Assembly (NCBI GenBank): GCA_902771695.1
Contig: CACXXP010000003.1
Span: 2,640 to 66,639 of the forward strand
Length of the DNA stretch: 64,000 nt
Direction: 5' to 3'
Origin: an uncultured Pseudomonadota bacterium
Lineage (GTDB): Bacteria > Pseudomonadota > Alphaproteobacteria > Rs-D84
The position numbers and the translations under genes were made by a program. The stretch's first letter is position 1. Every line of letters starts with the position of its first letter. Shown piece by piece: positions 9,051-17,870 of this stretch. The notes under the pieces are model-generated. The model was not told the origin of the DNA, made no database searches, and saw only the letters and a program-made list of their open reading frames with translations.

Positions 9051-10731
9051 ATTTGCTTTGTTGTTTTGCTTTTTTCAATTGTGCGACGGAAATCAAATTT
9101 TCATAATCTTGGTATGTGCGGCAGCTCATCAATTTATCTACAGATACACTAATTCCCATGTCATACATCAAAACAACCTGCAATTTATCAAAATTTATGG
9201 TTGGATTCAACGCGCCCCACACAGGATCCATTTCTTCACGCGAAATCCGTGTAGAAATAGATATTCCACGTTCAATCAGTTTGTTATGAATTGCATCACA
9301 AATGTTACGCAACCGTAACTGTTCGTTTTCTTGGTCTATGGAAATGCCTATACTTTCAAGATCGGCATATACTGTTTGCAGATTACGATATTTGATAGGA
9401 TTGTCTGTTTTTATGCGTTGAGATAATTCATACATATTTGTATAACCTTGGACACTGCGCCCCATGGAAACCGCGCAATTTACCCTGTGTATGATGCCTG
9501 CAAAAATATCTTCACGTGTTATCATATTTATCTGACCTTTTTGCCGGGCTTCTTTATATGTTTTGCCGAATAATTTGTGGCGCAATTCCAAAATTTCTTC
9601 GCGTGTTGCTTTTAATTCAAATGGTTGTGGTTCTTGATATGTTTTATCAAACAATTTATATCGCAATTCTGGGGTTGCAGTCGTTTTTTTATAAATATAC
9701 TTGTACAATCTGCTTAATTTAGTTCCGGAAATATCGTAATCAACGGTCACACCAAAAACCTTTTGTGTGCTTTGTCTGATATACGCCACATCTTGTATGG
9801 GAATTACCACATCGGACATACTTTGTCGTGTAACCGATGGGTCACCTTTGAATACAATTTTGTTAACTTTATTTTTTACTGCCAATGTGGTGACATATTT
9901 GTCAAATTCTGCAAAAGATTTTAGTTTTGAAATTGTTTTTACAGATGTCCATATTCCAAAATCTGATAATAAAATATCCGTGACTGTGTCAAAAGTCATT
10001 GATTTGTACAATGGTATCCACAAAGGTGTCATCCCAGCAAATTCTATCTCTGGGGGCAAGGCCTTGCCACAATTAATCAACGCCTCCATTGTTTGATTGG
10101 CTATGGAATAAACACCAATTTTGTGATTTGATTTGGGGCCAGTCGTTGTATCTTGGGCCTCGGTTGTTATCTCTATGGGGGCATTGAATGTTTTTTGCAA
10201 CTGCTCTGTTAATAATTGATCAAAATTCACCTTGGTGCTAAGTTCTTTTTTCATTTGGGTGACACATTCAGTCGGAAAAATACGACGATTCATTATATCG
10301 CCCATGACTGTCAGAACAATACCATGCACCTGGTGACTGTTTAGCAAAAGTTTGTCATTTGAACCAGATGATTTGTTTTGCTTGGTTTGTTGCGGTTCTG
10401 TTTCGTCCGATTTTTTTGTCTGGGGCGTCACAGGCATTGTATTCAGAATTTCTTTTGTTAAATCTGATGAATTTTTAACATGTGTATAAATCAAATTGCA
10501 TAAATCTTCGGCAGTATAATTTGATATATCTTGGGAAATGGAAATATTCAATCTAAATTTTTTGGCAATACCTTGTTTAATAAGAGCGATATCGTCATCA
10601 CCAAATACGATTAAATCGGATATTTTATCGGTTGCATGAATGTTGTCTGCAAACGTACTGGCCAGTAATATATCTATGACTTTATCGACTATGAATTTTT
10701 TGATTATAAGTGTTTCGTTGGCCTGGTCCAT
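9049..10731 (-). CDS. Hypothetical 560-aa protein built from repeated roughly 80-aa helical modules (carrier-protein-like, no conserved Ser)
   Basis: Long ORF. The N-terminal module resembles an ACP (..DLIVFGDDDIALIKQGIAKKFRLNISI..) with DSL replaced by DDD. Similar modules recur. Confidence 0.5.
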   Translation of the reverse strand: MDQANETLIIKKFIVDKVIDILLASTFADNIHATDKISDLIVFGDDDIALIKQGIAKKFRLNISISQDISNYTAEDLCNLIYTHVKNSSDLTKEILNTMPVTPQTKKSDETEPQQTKQNKSSGSNDKLLLNSHQVHGIVLTVMGDIMNRRIFPTECVTQMKKELSTKVNFDQLLTEQLQKTFNAPIEITTEAQDTTTGPKSNHKIGVYSIANQTMEALINCGKALPPEIEFAGMTPLWIPLYKSMTFDTVTDILLSDFGIWTSVKTISKLKSFAEFDKYVTTLAVKNKVNKIVFKGDPSVTRQSMSDVVIPIQDVAYIRQSTQKVFGVTVDYDISGTKLSRLYKYIYKKTTATPELRYKLFDKTYQEPQPFELKATREEILELRHKLFGKTYKEARQKGQINMITREDIFAGIIHRVNCAVSMGRSVQGYTNMYELSQRIKTDNPIKYRNLQTVYADLESIGISIDQENEQLRLRNICDAIHNKLIERGISISTRISREEMDPVWGALNPTINFDKLQVVLMYDMGISVSVDKLMSCRTYQDYENLISVAQLKKAKQQSK

Positions 10732-10755
10732 GATATGTATTCCGTTGATGATTGG

Positions 10756-11151
10756 TTATTTGCTGCGACCTTGATGTGCTTTGGTCGCGACCGCATTAGC
10801 GGATTCAATATTCGTGTCTGTGGGGTCAAAACGACCACGTTTTTCAAGCCACCATTCCGCTACTGATGCCACATCATGAAGGGTATAGGTAGCATATATT
10901 TGAATGCCAAATGCACTTTCAATACTGTGTAATTGTTTTATTAAATTGGTGCTTGTTTTTCCATTGGTCCCAAACCATGCGTCCATTATATCGGCGTCAT
11001 ATAACAATTCTGCTACGGTTTTTTCTAAATCAACCCGCTGTTTTGTTGCACGTTTAAGTTTGGACATTATTGTTGCGTATATTTTGTAACGCGTCCACAT
11101 GAATTTGGATTTCTGGACAGGTTGCAAAGATTGTGTATCTGTATCTGGCAT
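10756..11151 (-). CDS. Hypothetical 131-aa protein with one similar helical module
   Basis: ORF sits between lpxI and the 560-aa ORF on the same strand. The segment WFGTNGKTSTNLIKQLHSIESAFGIQI is carrier-protein-like. Confidence 0.5.
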   Translation of the reverse strand: MPDTDTQSLQPVQKSKFMWTRYKIYATIMSKLKRATKQRVDLEKTVAELLYDADIMDAWFGTNGKTSTNLIKQLHSIESAFGIQIYATYTLHDVASVAEWWLEKRGRFDPTDTNIESANAVATKAHQGRSK

Positions 11152-11209
11152 ATAAAAACTCCGTTAAATTCGGAAACATTATAAACAAAAAACAATAATT
11201 GTCAATAAA

Positions 11210-12034
11210 TTATTCGTCTACAGCTACTATGAAAATGCCACGTTTATTGGCGGTTTTTATTACATTTGGCTTGTCCACGATAAAGCAAGTTTTTGTATTA
11301 ACTATGATGCCTTTCAGGTTTGCGTCCGCCACAGCGTTTACCGTATCAACGCCGATTGCGGGGATATCAATACGCAGGTCTTGTCCGGGTTTTGTCATTT
11401 TGGCGAAAACGCCGCTAACTTTTTTATGATTATGTCGCATTTCAACAACACGTTCCAACATTTTGGCTGTGCCTTCGGCGGCCTCTACGGCGATGACCTG
11501 TTTATCAACAACCACAGACGCACCAATATCGGCGGCACCGATTGTATGCGAAACCTCTATGGCGCGGTCAATGTTTTTCTTGTCACCACGTGTAGGTTTG
11601 GTTTTTGTTAGAACCCCGGCGTGTTCAAATGTCAATTCTGGGGCCAAATCTTGGGCCGCAACAACTGTGTATCCTGATTTTTTAAGTGTTTTTATAAATG
11701 CAACCGCCATTGAATCATACCCCCGTTGATTTTTAAGTATTCTAAAAAGTGCAAAAAATGTCCATAGGTCAGGCCGCAAATCAGACAGGTTCGGATGTCC
11801 CAATGCGCCGACAAATGTCATTTTATTTATGCCACGACGCCGAAATTCGCGCAACGCCCGTCCACCGCCACCAAGGCGTACAACCATATCGGGCTTTAAA
11901 CGTTTGTCATAGAAATTTTTAAGGCCGACCACAAAAACATCCCACCCGTTTTTACGTAACGCATCACGTGTATAAAACGGTAAATCCAACGCCCCCGCAA
12001 CCAGTGCAATTTTTTTATTATTATCTTTTTTCAT
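11210..12034 (-). CDS. lpxI: UDP-2,3-diacylglucosamine pyrophosphatase LpxI (DUF1009 family)
   Basis: About 274 aa, N-terminal IALVAGALDLP and C-terminal AVEAAEGTAKMLERV pattern typical of LpxI. Confidence 0.7.
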   Translation of the reverse strand: MKKDNNKKIALVAGALDLPFYTRDALRKNGWDVFVVGLKNFYDKRLKPDMVVRLGGGGRALREFRRRGINKMTFVGALGHPNLSDLRPDLWTFFALFRILKNQRGYDSMAVAFIKTLKKSGYTVVAAQDLAPELTFEHAGVLTKTKPTRGDKKNIDRAIEVSHTIGAADIGASVVVDKQVIAVEAAEGTAKMLERVVEMRHNHKKVSGVFAKMTKPGQDLRIDIPAIGVDTVNAVADANLKGIIVNTKTCFIVDKPNVIKTANKRGIFIVAVDE

Positions 12035-12121
12035 CTTAAGTTAATGTTAAGCATAAATCGCGCTGGAATCAAGTTCGTTTTTATGATAGAATCTTAACAA
12101 GTATAATCAGGTGGATTGCAA

Positions 12122-12934
12122 ATGAAGAAAATATACAATGTTGCATTGGCATTTGTTTCTTGCGCAGTTGCGGGTACCGCAAATGCGGCAAGTGATGGCC
12201 AATTCAAATCTGAAATTCTAAAAGGGCTGAACAGCGTCAGAACCCAATATACCTATGTCCCGGAAACAACATATACTGCGACTGTTGTTGACACAACAAC
12301 TTATGATGATGCCGGATATGGCGAATTGGGGCGCGAAGTGTTCTATGATATGCCAAGTGATGCGGATGATTCAGATTACGAATTGTTTATTCCGACATCA
12401 ATGTATGTCCGGGTCGGTGGCGGAATAAATTTTGGTTTGGCAACCAAAAAGGCACGCGTTGCGGATGAAACATTTCAATCCAGGGGTTCATGGAATGCCA
12501 CAATTGGTTTGGGATGGAATATGTCATCGTATGTGCGGACGGAAATTGCGTTCCAGGAATCTACATTTGAATTTAAAGATTTGTCAGATATGACCGCAAG
12601 TTATCATACATTGAACGGAATGCTGTATTTTGATTTCTTGCGTCGTTATGTGCAAAGTGGTGATATTACATACCGCCGCGTTTTTGTTCCGTTTATGGGG
12701 TTGGGCGCTGGATTAGGTGCGTATGATTTTGTGGGCGCGCACGGCGCCGGTGGTTTTGTCGTTGCGGCACCACGTGCAGAGTTGGGTATGAATTTTATGC
12801 TGAATGAAATGGTGGGAATAGATTTAGCGTACCAATATCAAATGTTCTTGGGACATGGTTTTGGTTGGAATACAAAACGCGCCGGCGTTGACGGTATCAG
12901 CAATATTATGGCAACAATAAGAGTAAATTTCTGA
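12122..12934 (+). CDS. Small beta-barrel outer membrane protein (Omp25/OmpA-barrel-like)
   Basis: SD AGGTGG, signal peptide ending ANA, Gly/aromatic-rich strands, C-terminal ...TIRVNF. Confidence 0.7.
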   Translation: MKKIYNVALAFVSCAVAGTANAASDGQFKSEILKGLNSVRTQYTYVPETTYTATVVDTTTYDDAGYGELGREVFYDMPSDADDSDYELFIPTSMYVRVGGGINFGLATKKARVADETFQSRGSWNATIGLGWNMSSYVRTEIAFQESTFEFKDLSDMTASYHTLNGMLYFDFLRRYVQSGDITYRRVFVPFMGLGAGLGAYDFVGAHGAGGFVVAAPRAELGMNFMLNEMVGIDLAYQYQMFLGHGFGWNTKRAGVDGISNIMATIRVNF

Positions 12935-12947
12935 TAAGGAATGCACA

Positions 12948-13589
12948 ATGAAAAGATTTTTAATTTGTTTATTATGTTTAATGCCAATGGTCGCCCAGGC
13001 AAAGATTATATACCGTACCCAACAGACAGGTTCGGTACCAGGTGCCAAGGTCGTTGAAAGCAAAGATACATTCGCAGACAGACACAGGGTATATGTTGGG
13101 GCAATGTATGATTTTTCAATGTGGCAAAACTATGACGACGGTGAAAATGTCATACATGGGGCGAATGAATCTGGGTTTGATGGATTGATTGGTTTCCGCC
13201 TTAGTGATATATTCCGTTTAGAAGCCGACTATATGTATAACCGCGCGAAGTGGAGTTCTTTTTCCATGAATACGCATACGATATTTTTCAATGCAATTGT
13301 TGATGCGCGCGTGGACAGTTTATATCGTATGTTCTATAACCAGAAGTTGGTTCCATATGTCGGTGCGGGCGCCGGTTTAACGTTCTATGATGCCAAGGGG
13401 TTGGAATTTGGAAATGATGCGAATGCATCATTGGCGGCAATGGCTGGATTGGGTGTAGAATTGGGCGAACATTTTACGCTTGATTTTGGATATCGTTATG
13501 TTTATATGTTTAAACCAAGTGTTGATATGGCACCAAATCTGTCACCGTCGGCCCATCAGATTCGTTTAGGTGCCAGAATAAATTTCTAG
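12948..13589 (+). CDS. Small beta-barrel outer membrane protein (paralog of the preceding gene)
   Basis: Signal peptide ...VAQA and C-terminal ...LGARINF. Confidence 0.7.
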   Translation: MKRFLICLLCLMPMVAQAKIIYRTQQTGSVPGAKVVESKDTFADRHRVYVGAMYDFSMWQNYDDGENVIHGANESGFDGLIGFRLSDIFRLEADYMYNRAKWSSFSMNTHTIFFNAIVDARVDSLYRMFYNQKLVPYVGAGAGLTFYDAKGLEFGNDANASLAAMAGLGVELGEHFTLDFGYRYVYMFKPSVDMAPNLSPSAHQIRLGARINF

Positions 13590-13598
13590 GTAAAATGT

Positions 13599-14522
13599 AT
13601 GAATAAATGTCCATGGTTTTCGGTTTGTGGTGGTTGCAGATATGATTTTTCCGCACCAAATTACCGTGATGACAAGAAAAAATTATTGGAAAAATGGGAA
13701 ATACATAGTGAACCGTTTTGGACACCGATTGGCATGCGCAGGCGTGCTGATTTTTGCTTTGCGGACGGTGTGTTTGGATTCTTTGAACGTGGAACAAAAA
13801 ATATAGTTCCAATAAAAAAATGTATGAATTTGGCACCGCAAATAAATGATATGTTGCCAAAGATATCGGCGTTGCCGTGGAATGGGGCTGGTTCTGCATT
13901 GGTAACGTTGTGTGATAACGGTATAGATTTGGCAATAACATCAAATGTTCCTTACTTTTCACGTGATTTCAAGGAAGCGGCGGAAAAGTTAGATTTAGTG
14001 CGTGTATCTTGGAATGGAACAATCGTTTTTCAACGGCGCATCCCACAAATAAAGTTTGGTGAATTTACAGTTGATTATCCAGTTGGTGCGTTCTTGCAAC
14101 CAACGGTGGCAAGTGAAACAGCAATGCGTGATTTTGTGTTGAAACACGCACAAGGTGCGCGCAAGACAGCTGATTTGTTTTGTGGCATAGGTAATTTTAC
14201 ATTTGCGCTGAATGCCGATGGTTTTGATATCGTTGGACCTTTTAATCAACGTGATTTGTTCAAGAAACCATTGACGGCGAAAATGCTGAACAAATACGAT
14301 TTGGTGGTAATGGATCCGCCACGTGCCGGTGCGTTGGCCCAGGTAACAGAATTGGCGTCATCAACTGTGCCGCGGATAATATATATTTCGTGTAATCCGG
14401 CCACATTACGGCGTGATGCGGCGATTCTGGTGCGGGCAGGGTATAAAATGACGGATATTGCCGCATTTGATCAATTTGTCGGCACAGAACACTGGGAATT
14501 AGGTGCTGTTTTTCAGAAATAA
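13599..14522 (+). CDS. RNA (uracil-5)-methyltransferase family protein (RumA/TrmA-like, no TRAM domain)
   Basis: Cys cluster CPWFSVCGGCRY and SAM-MTase motifs DLFCGIGNF and DLVVMDPPRAG. Confidence 0.7.
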   Translation: MNKCPWFSVCGGCRYDFSAPNYRDDKKKLLEKWEIHSEPFWTPIGMRRRADFCFADGVFGFFERGTKNIVPIKKCMNLAPQINDMLPKISALPWNGAGSALVTLCDNGIDLAITSNVPYFSRDFKEAAEKLDLVRVSWNGTIVFQRRIPQIKFGEFTVDYPVGAFLQPTVASETAMRDFVLKHAQGARKTADLFCGIGNFTFALNADGFDIVGPFNQRDLFKKPLTAKMLNKYDLVVMDPPRAGALAQVTELASSTVPRIIYISCNPATLRRDAAILVRAGYKMTDIAAFDQFVGTEHWELGAVFQK

Positions 14523-14532
14523 AAAATTGTAA

Positions 14533-15933
14533 TTACCGTTTCGCGCGTTGCGCAATAATTTGTTGCATCATAGATTCGGGATTTCCTTGTTGAAACGAAC
14601 CTATGTGATATGCCGAAAATTCTGTTGGGTGTGCTTTATAAACCATGTCCATTTCTTTTGTTTGTAATGGGCTATATGTTTTCGTAATTGGTGACATAGT
14701 TTCCCAATCCCATTTATCTTCGTGTTGGGTATCGAGCATAGAGAAGGGTAATTCAATGTGTTCTTTGGCTTTTTGTGCGCCAAGCATACCTAAATCTGGA
14801 ACTTGCCTATCTATTTCATGAGATTGTTCATGGACAACTGTTTCTAGTACATCATTGATTGTTAGGGGGGCATTCAGTGGTTTGTTATTATATTGTCGAA
14901 GTGCGTTTGCAACAATGCCAGATTCTGGGTCTTCAAAAACAACAGGTTTATACCCTTTTACATGTGTTATTTGGTCCAATCTTGCATGCAGTGCACGTAG
15001 AAATTCCTGCTTGTCCGCTATGGACAAATTAGAAAAATTTTGCGCCTGGGAAAATAACGTATCATCATTTGCAATTATGTCGATTAATTCTTGTCTGCGT
15101 GTTCGTGCAATTGTGTCAGCGACTTCTTTGGAAATAGACGCGTCAATCAGTTTGCTTTTTTCGTAATCTCTGGCAACTTTGTATCCCTGGATTAAATTTT
15201 CCAATAGTTGTTCTTTTTGGTAAATTGCCAATTCTTCTGGTGAATAATCAGGCTCACGCGGGGAACTGGTTCTGTCACGAAGATCATTTCGTTGTCCCGC
15301 CAAATCCTGTAATTCCGGTCCGTCCCAATCGTCGTATGTGGGACGCCTTCCCAACCTTGCTGCTGCAACTTGTTCTATTTTATCTAACTCTTTATATAGT
15401 GGAGACTGTCTTTTTAGTTGAATATCATGAAAAAACGTAAATAGCCTGCGTCGTTCTTGTTCTAGTGGAACGATTTCAGTGGCATATGCTGCATCAATGG
15501 CTTTCAATTTTCTGGATAATTCTGGGTCGTATGTTGAATAAGGGGCAGAATTATATACGGTGTTTGTGTTAAAGCCGCCCCGTATGTCATCGTTTTTGGT
15601 TAGAGGCTTTACTATATCTGGTTTTAAGCCGGCCAACAATGTGGCAATTTGTTCGTCGATTTCTGCCTCGGTCGTCCGTAGTATGTCGTCACGTTTTGTT
15701 TGAACCTTTACTGTATCTGGTTCAAAATCGGCCCATGCGGCAACTTGTTCATCAAATTCCGCCTCGGTAGTAAACATTTTTCTGAAATCATCAAAACTTT
15801 GATTTTGGGGAGCATATTTTTTATATGCGGCGCGTAATTTGTCTTCGGGTATAGCCGACTGGACGGGAGCATCCGCTTTCTCGCGCAATTTTTTCAATGC
15901 GTGTTTAAAAATATCTAATTTCATTGCGCCCAT
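14533..15933 (-). CDS. Hypothetical protein with an HExxH zinc-metalloprotease motif
   Basis: Contains VVHEQSHEID (HExxH). Has a tandem roughly 32-aa repeat (TEAEFDEQV.. / TEAEIDEQI..). SD AAGGTGGGG lies 7 nt upstream of the ATG. Confidence 0.6.
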   Translation of the reverse strand: MGAMKLDIFKHALKKLREKADAPVQSAIPEDKLRAAYKKYAPQNQSFDDFRKMFTTEAEFDEQVAAWADFEPDTVKVQTKRDDILRTTEAEIDEQIATLLAGLKPDIVKPLTKNDDIRGGFNTNTVYNSAPYSTYDPELSRKLKAIDAAYATEIVPLEQERRRLFTFFHDIQLKRQSPLYKELDKIEQVAAARLGRRPTYDDWDGPELQDLAGQRNDLRDRTSSPREPDYSPEELAIYQKEQLLENLIQGYKVARDYEKSKLIDASISKEVADTIARTRRQELIDIIANDDTLFSQAQNFSNLSIADKQEFLRALHARLDQITHVKGYKPVVFEDPESGIVANALRQYNNKPLNAPLTINDVLETVVHEQSHEIDRQVPDLGMLGAQKAKEHIELPFSMLDTQHEDKWDWETMSPITKTYSPLQTKEMDMVYKAHPTEFSAYHIGSFQQGNPESMMQQIIAQRAKR

Positions 15934-15986
15934 TAATTTTCCCCACCTTAGAGAATATAATTATATCATATTTTTACCATAGTACC

Positions 15987-16181
15987 AAAAAAAAGTACCG
16001 CCGTTTCCGGCGGTGTTTTCGAATGACCTGAAAGGAAGGAAAGGAGAAAAAGAAATGGTCATTCTACTAAACTTATGTCGGGGTCCAGAGTCCAGAGGAG
16101 AGAGAATGTAGGAGGGAGTCTGGAATCTCTGGGCCCCACGAACATTTAAGTGTTCGGTCAAAGATTGTTGCCTCTTTGACG
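15987..16181 (-). ncRNA. Candidate structured sRNA (four stem-loops plus intrinsic terminator, CU-rich loops)
   Basis: A consensus promoter lies upstream. Hairpins are at 16157-16180, 16139-16156, 16080-16137 and 16021-16064. Terminator GUACCGCCG-gaaa-CGGCGGUAC plus U8 is at 15987-16015. Loop sequences include CUCCCUCCU and CUCCUUUCCUUCC. Confidence 0.5.
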
Positions 16182-16187
16182 AATCGA

Positions 16188-16216
16188 AATATAATACAAC
16201 AAAATACATTTGTCAA
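16188..16216 (-). promoter_or_regulatory. Consensus sigma70 promoter for the candidate sRNA
   Basis: On the minus strand: TTGACA (16216-16211), 17-nt spacer, TATATT (16193-16188). Confidence 0.55.
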
Positions 16217-16344
16217 GTGTTTTTGTCAAAATAATTTTTTAGTCAAATTAAATGCCCCGATTTTCCTAGGAAAACCTGCTTGTTGCCGTTTTTATGGGGT
16301 TGGCATAAAATATGTCTTGTAATAGAGAAAATGGGGGAAATTTG

Positions 16345-16596
16345 ATGACACATGATGATGTTTGGCGCGCGATAGAACGATTCGCAATGGAACATGGAAA
16401 GTCGTGTTCGGGATTGGCACGGTGCAGCGGTTTAGACCCCACAACATTTAACCGCAGCAAGCGTTGGACCAAAGAAGGCCAACCGCGGTGGCCGTCAACC
16501 AACAGTATTTCTAAAATATTGGCGTCCACAGGGGCTTCTATCCAGGAATTTACCAAATTCATAGATAACAAGAACAACGAGCCCCCAAACAGATAA
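16345..16596 (+). CDS. Small helix-turn-helix DNA-binding protein (phage-repressor-like N-terminal domain only)
   Basis: MTHDDVWRAIERFAMEHGKSCSGLARCSGLDPTTFNRSKR...RWPSTNSISKIL. SD GGGGGA precedes the ATG at 16345. Confidence 0.65.
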   Translation: MTHDDVWRAIERFAMEHGKSCSGLARCSGLDPTTFNRSKRWTKEGQPRWPSTNSISKILASTGASIQEFTKFIDNKNNEPPNR

Positions 16597-16613
16597 TTTA
16601 TATATTTATTATT

Positions 16614-16645
16614 GCCGGCGGTATGTGATGCCGGCATTTTTTTAT
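16614..16645 (+). terminator. Intrinsic terminator
   Basis: TGCCGGC-10 nt-GCCGGCA followed by T8. Confidence 0.65.
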
Positions 16646-16680
16646 TGGACAGGTGCTATCTAATAGATTATTCTTGAAAT

Positions 16681-17100
16681 ATGCTGTCGGGAATACGTGT
16701 TTTTTCATCTGATGATTGTTGGATGCATATTGTGTCCGACTTGAATGCAACGTTGGTGGATGATGTAAGGTTTGCTGATGTAAACCTGGATTCGTTGAAT
16801 CTGCGCCTGCCGATTTCGCCAATTGAATTGAAAATGGCGATAATTGCTGCATCAGATGGTGACAATATTATAAAACAGGTTTTCGGAAAACACGTTGAAT
16901 TGTCGCCACTGCAAACACAAATTGTGACCAAACTTTATCAAAGTGGTGGTATGACCACCGAAGAATTGAAAATATCACTTGGGTATGCAGAAACGGCAAA
17001 AACCCACACCGTAGAAACGGCTGTTTACAGTTTGAGAAAATTGTTCGGACATGATTTTATAATTAACGATAACGGAATATTCAGAATTGGCGGGTTATAA
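16681..17100 (+). CDS. OmpR/PhoB-type winged-helix DNA-binding protein without a recognisable receiver domain
   Basis: C-terminal LSPLQTQIVTKLY..MTTEELKISLGY......HTVETAVYSLRKLFG...I.....IFRIGG resembles Trans_reg_C. Confidence 0.55.
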   Translation: MLSGIRVFSSDDCWMHIVSDLNATLVDDVRFADVNLDSLNLRLPISPIELKMAIIAASDGDNIIKQVFGKHVELSPLQTQIVTKLYQSGGMTTEELKISLGYAETAKTHTVETAVYSLRKLFGHDFIINDNGIFRIGGL

Positions 17101-17752
17101 AGTACTATCTTTTGATAAAATATCCAGTACGCAAACATATGCGCACGATATGATTGCAAACGGTAAAGCATCAGATCATATGGTTATCGTTGCGGCGGCT
17201 CAATTCGCAGGTCGTGGGCGATACAGACGTAAATGGGTGTCGCATCATGGAAATGTATATGCCAGTTTTATTTTTAATTCGCCAGAACGAGATCCGCGTC
17301 TGTCTTATGCTATTGCGGTGGCGGTGGCAGAAACGATAATATCATATGGTATATCACCACAGATAAAATGGCCAAACGATATTCTTATTAATAATGCAAA
17401 AATATCTGGGGTGCTGATTGAATATGCCGGGCAATATGTTATTGTCGGAATCGGAATAAATGTTCACACGAATCCGACTGTTCCAGAATATAAAACAACA
17501 CGTTTAGATGAATATGTAAATGTTGATTTAACAGATGTGATATCGCGTCTTGCCAAAAACATAGACAGGTTTATGAAATCTGATTTTGATTCGGTGCGTC
17601 GACGTTGGATGGAACTTGCCGCCGGGTTAAACAAGCTTGTAAAGTATCGTGGTGAAATGGTTGAACTTATCGGCGTTAATGATAATGGTGCGTTGGTCGT
17701 TCGGTGTGGTCCCGAATATTTATTGGTTCATGGTGATGAAATTTTAATGTGA
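17087..17752 (+). CDS. birA: Biotin-[acetyl-CoA-carboxylase] ligase
   Basis: FDKISSTQTYA and QFAGRGRYRRKW (GRGRxGRxW motif). The track start is TTG. Confidence 0.85.
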   Translation: MAGYKVLSFDKISSTQTYAHDMIANGKASDHMVIVAAAQFAGRGRYRRKWVSHHGNVYASFIFNSPERDPRLSYAIAVAVAETIISYGISPQIKWPNDILINNAKISGVLIEYAGQYVIVGIGINVHTNPTVPEYKTTRLDEYVNVDLTDVISRLAKNIDRFMKSDFDSVRRRWMELAAGLNKLVKYRGEMVELIGVNDNGALVVRCGPEYLLVHGDEILM

Positions 17753-17789
17753 TGTATGCCCCGGAAAACATGGTTTTTTTATAAATGTC

Positions 17790-17818
17790 TTGACTTTTGG
17801 GGCGTTTTGTGATACAAT
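17790..17818 (+). promoter_or_regulatory. Near-consensus sigma70 promoter at the head of the phage-like cluster
   Basis: TTGACT (17790-17795), 17-nt spacer, TACAAT (17813-17818). Confidence 0.6.
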
Positions 17819-17843
17819 ATAATACATCAAAAGGAAGAGTTGT

Positions 17844-17869
17844 GTTCACACGTTTGTGTGAATTTTTTT
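17844..17869 (+). terminator. Intrinsic terminator 1 in the leader of the phage-like cluster
   Basis: TTCACAC-gttt-GTGTGAA followed by T7. Confidence 0.6.
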
Positions 17870-17870
17870 A

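Noticed and set aside
15961-16209. 82-aa minus-strand ORF over the candidate sRNA, an 18-aa plus-strand ORF (16055-16111, preceded by AAGGAG), and an SRP/4.5S-like GGAAGGAA motif on the plus strand
   Set aside because: The ATG of the 82-aa ORF lies between the -35 and -10 of the predicted promoter, it has no RBS, and it reads through the terminator hairpin. The plus-strand purine-rich stretch sits in a 28-nt hairpin loop rather than the long helix with symmetric and asymmetric loops of SRP RNA. The 18-aa ORF cannot be excluded, but it is less well supported than the promoter-to-terminator sRNA model.
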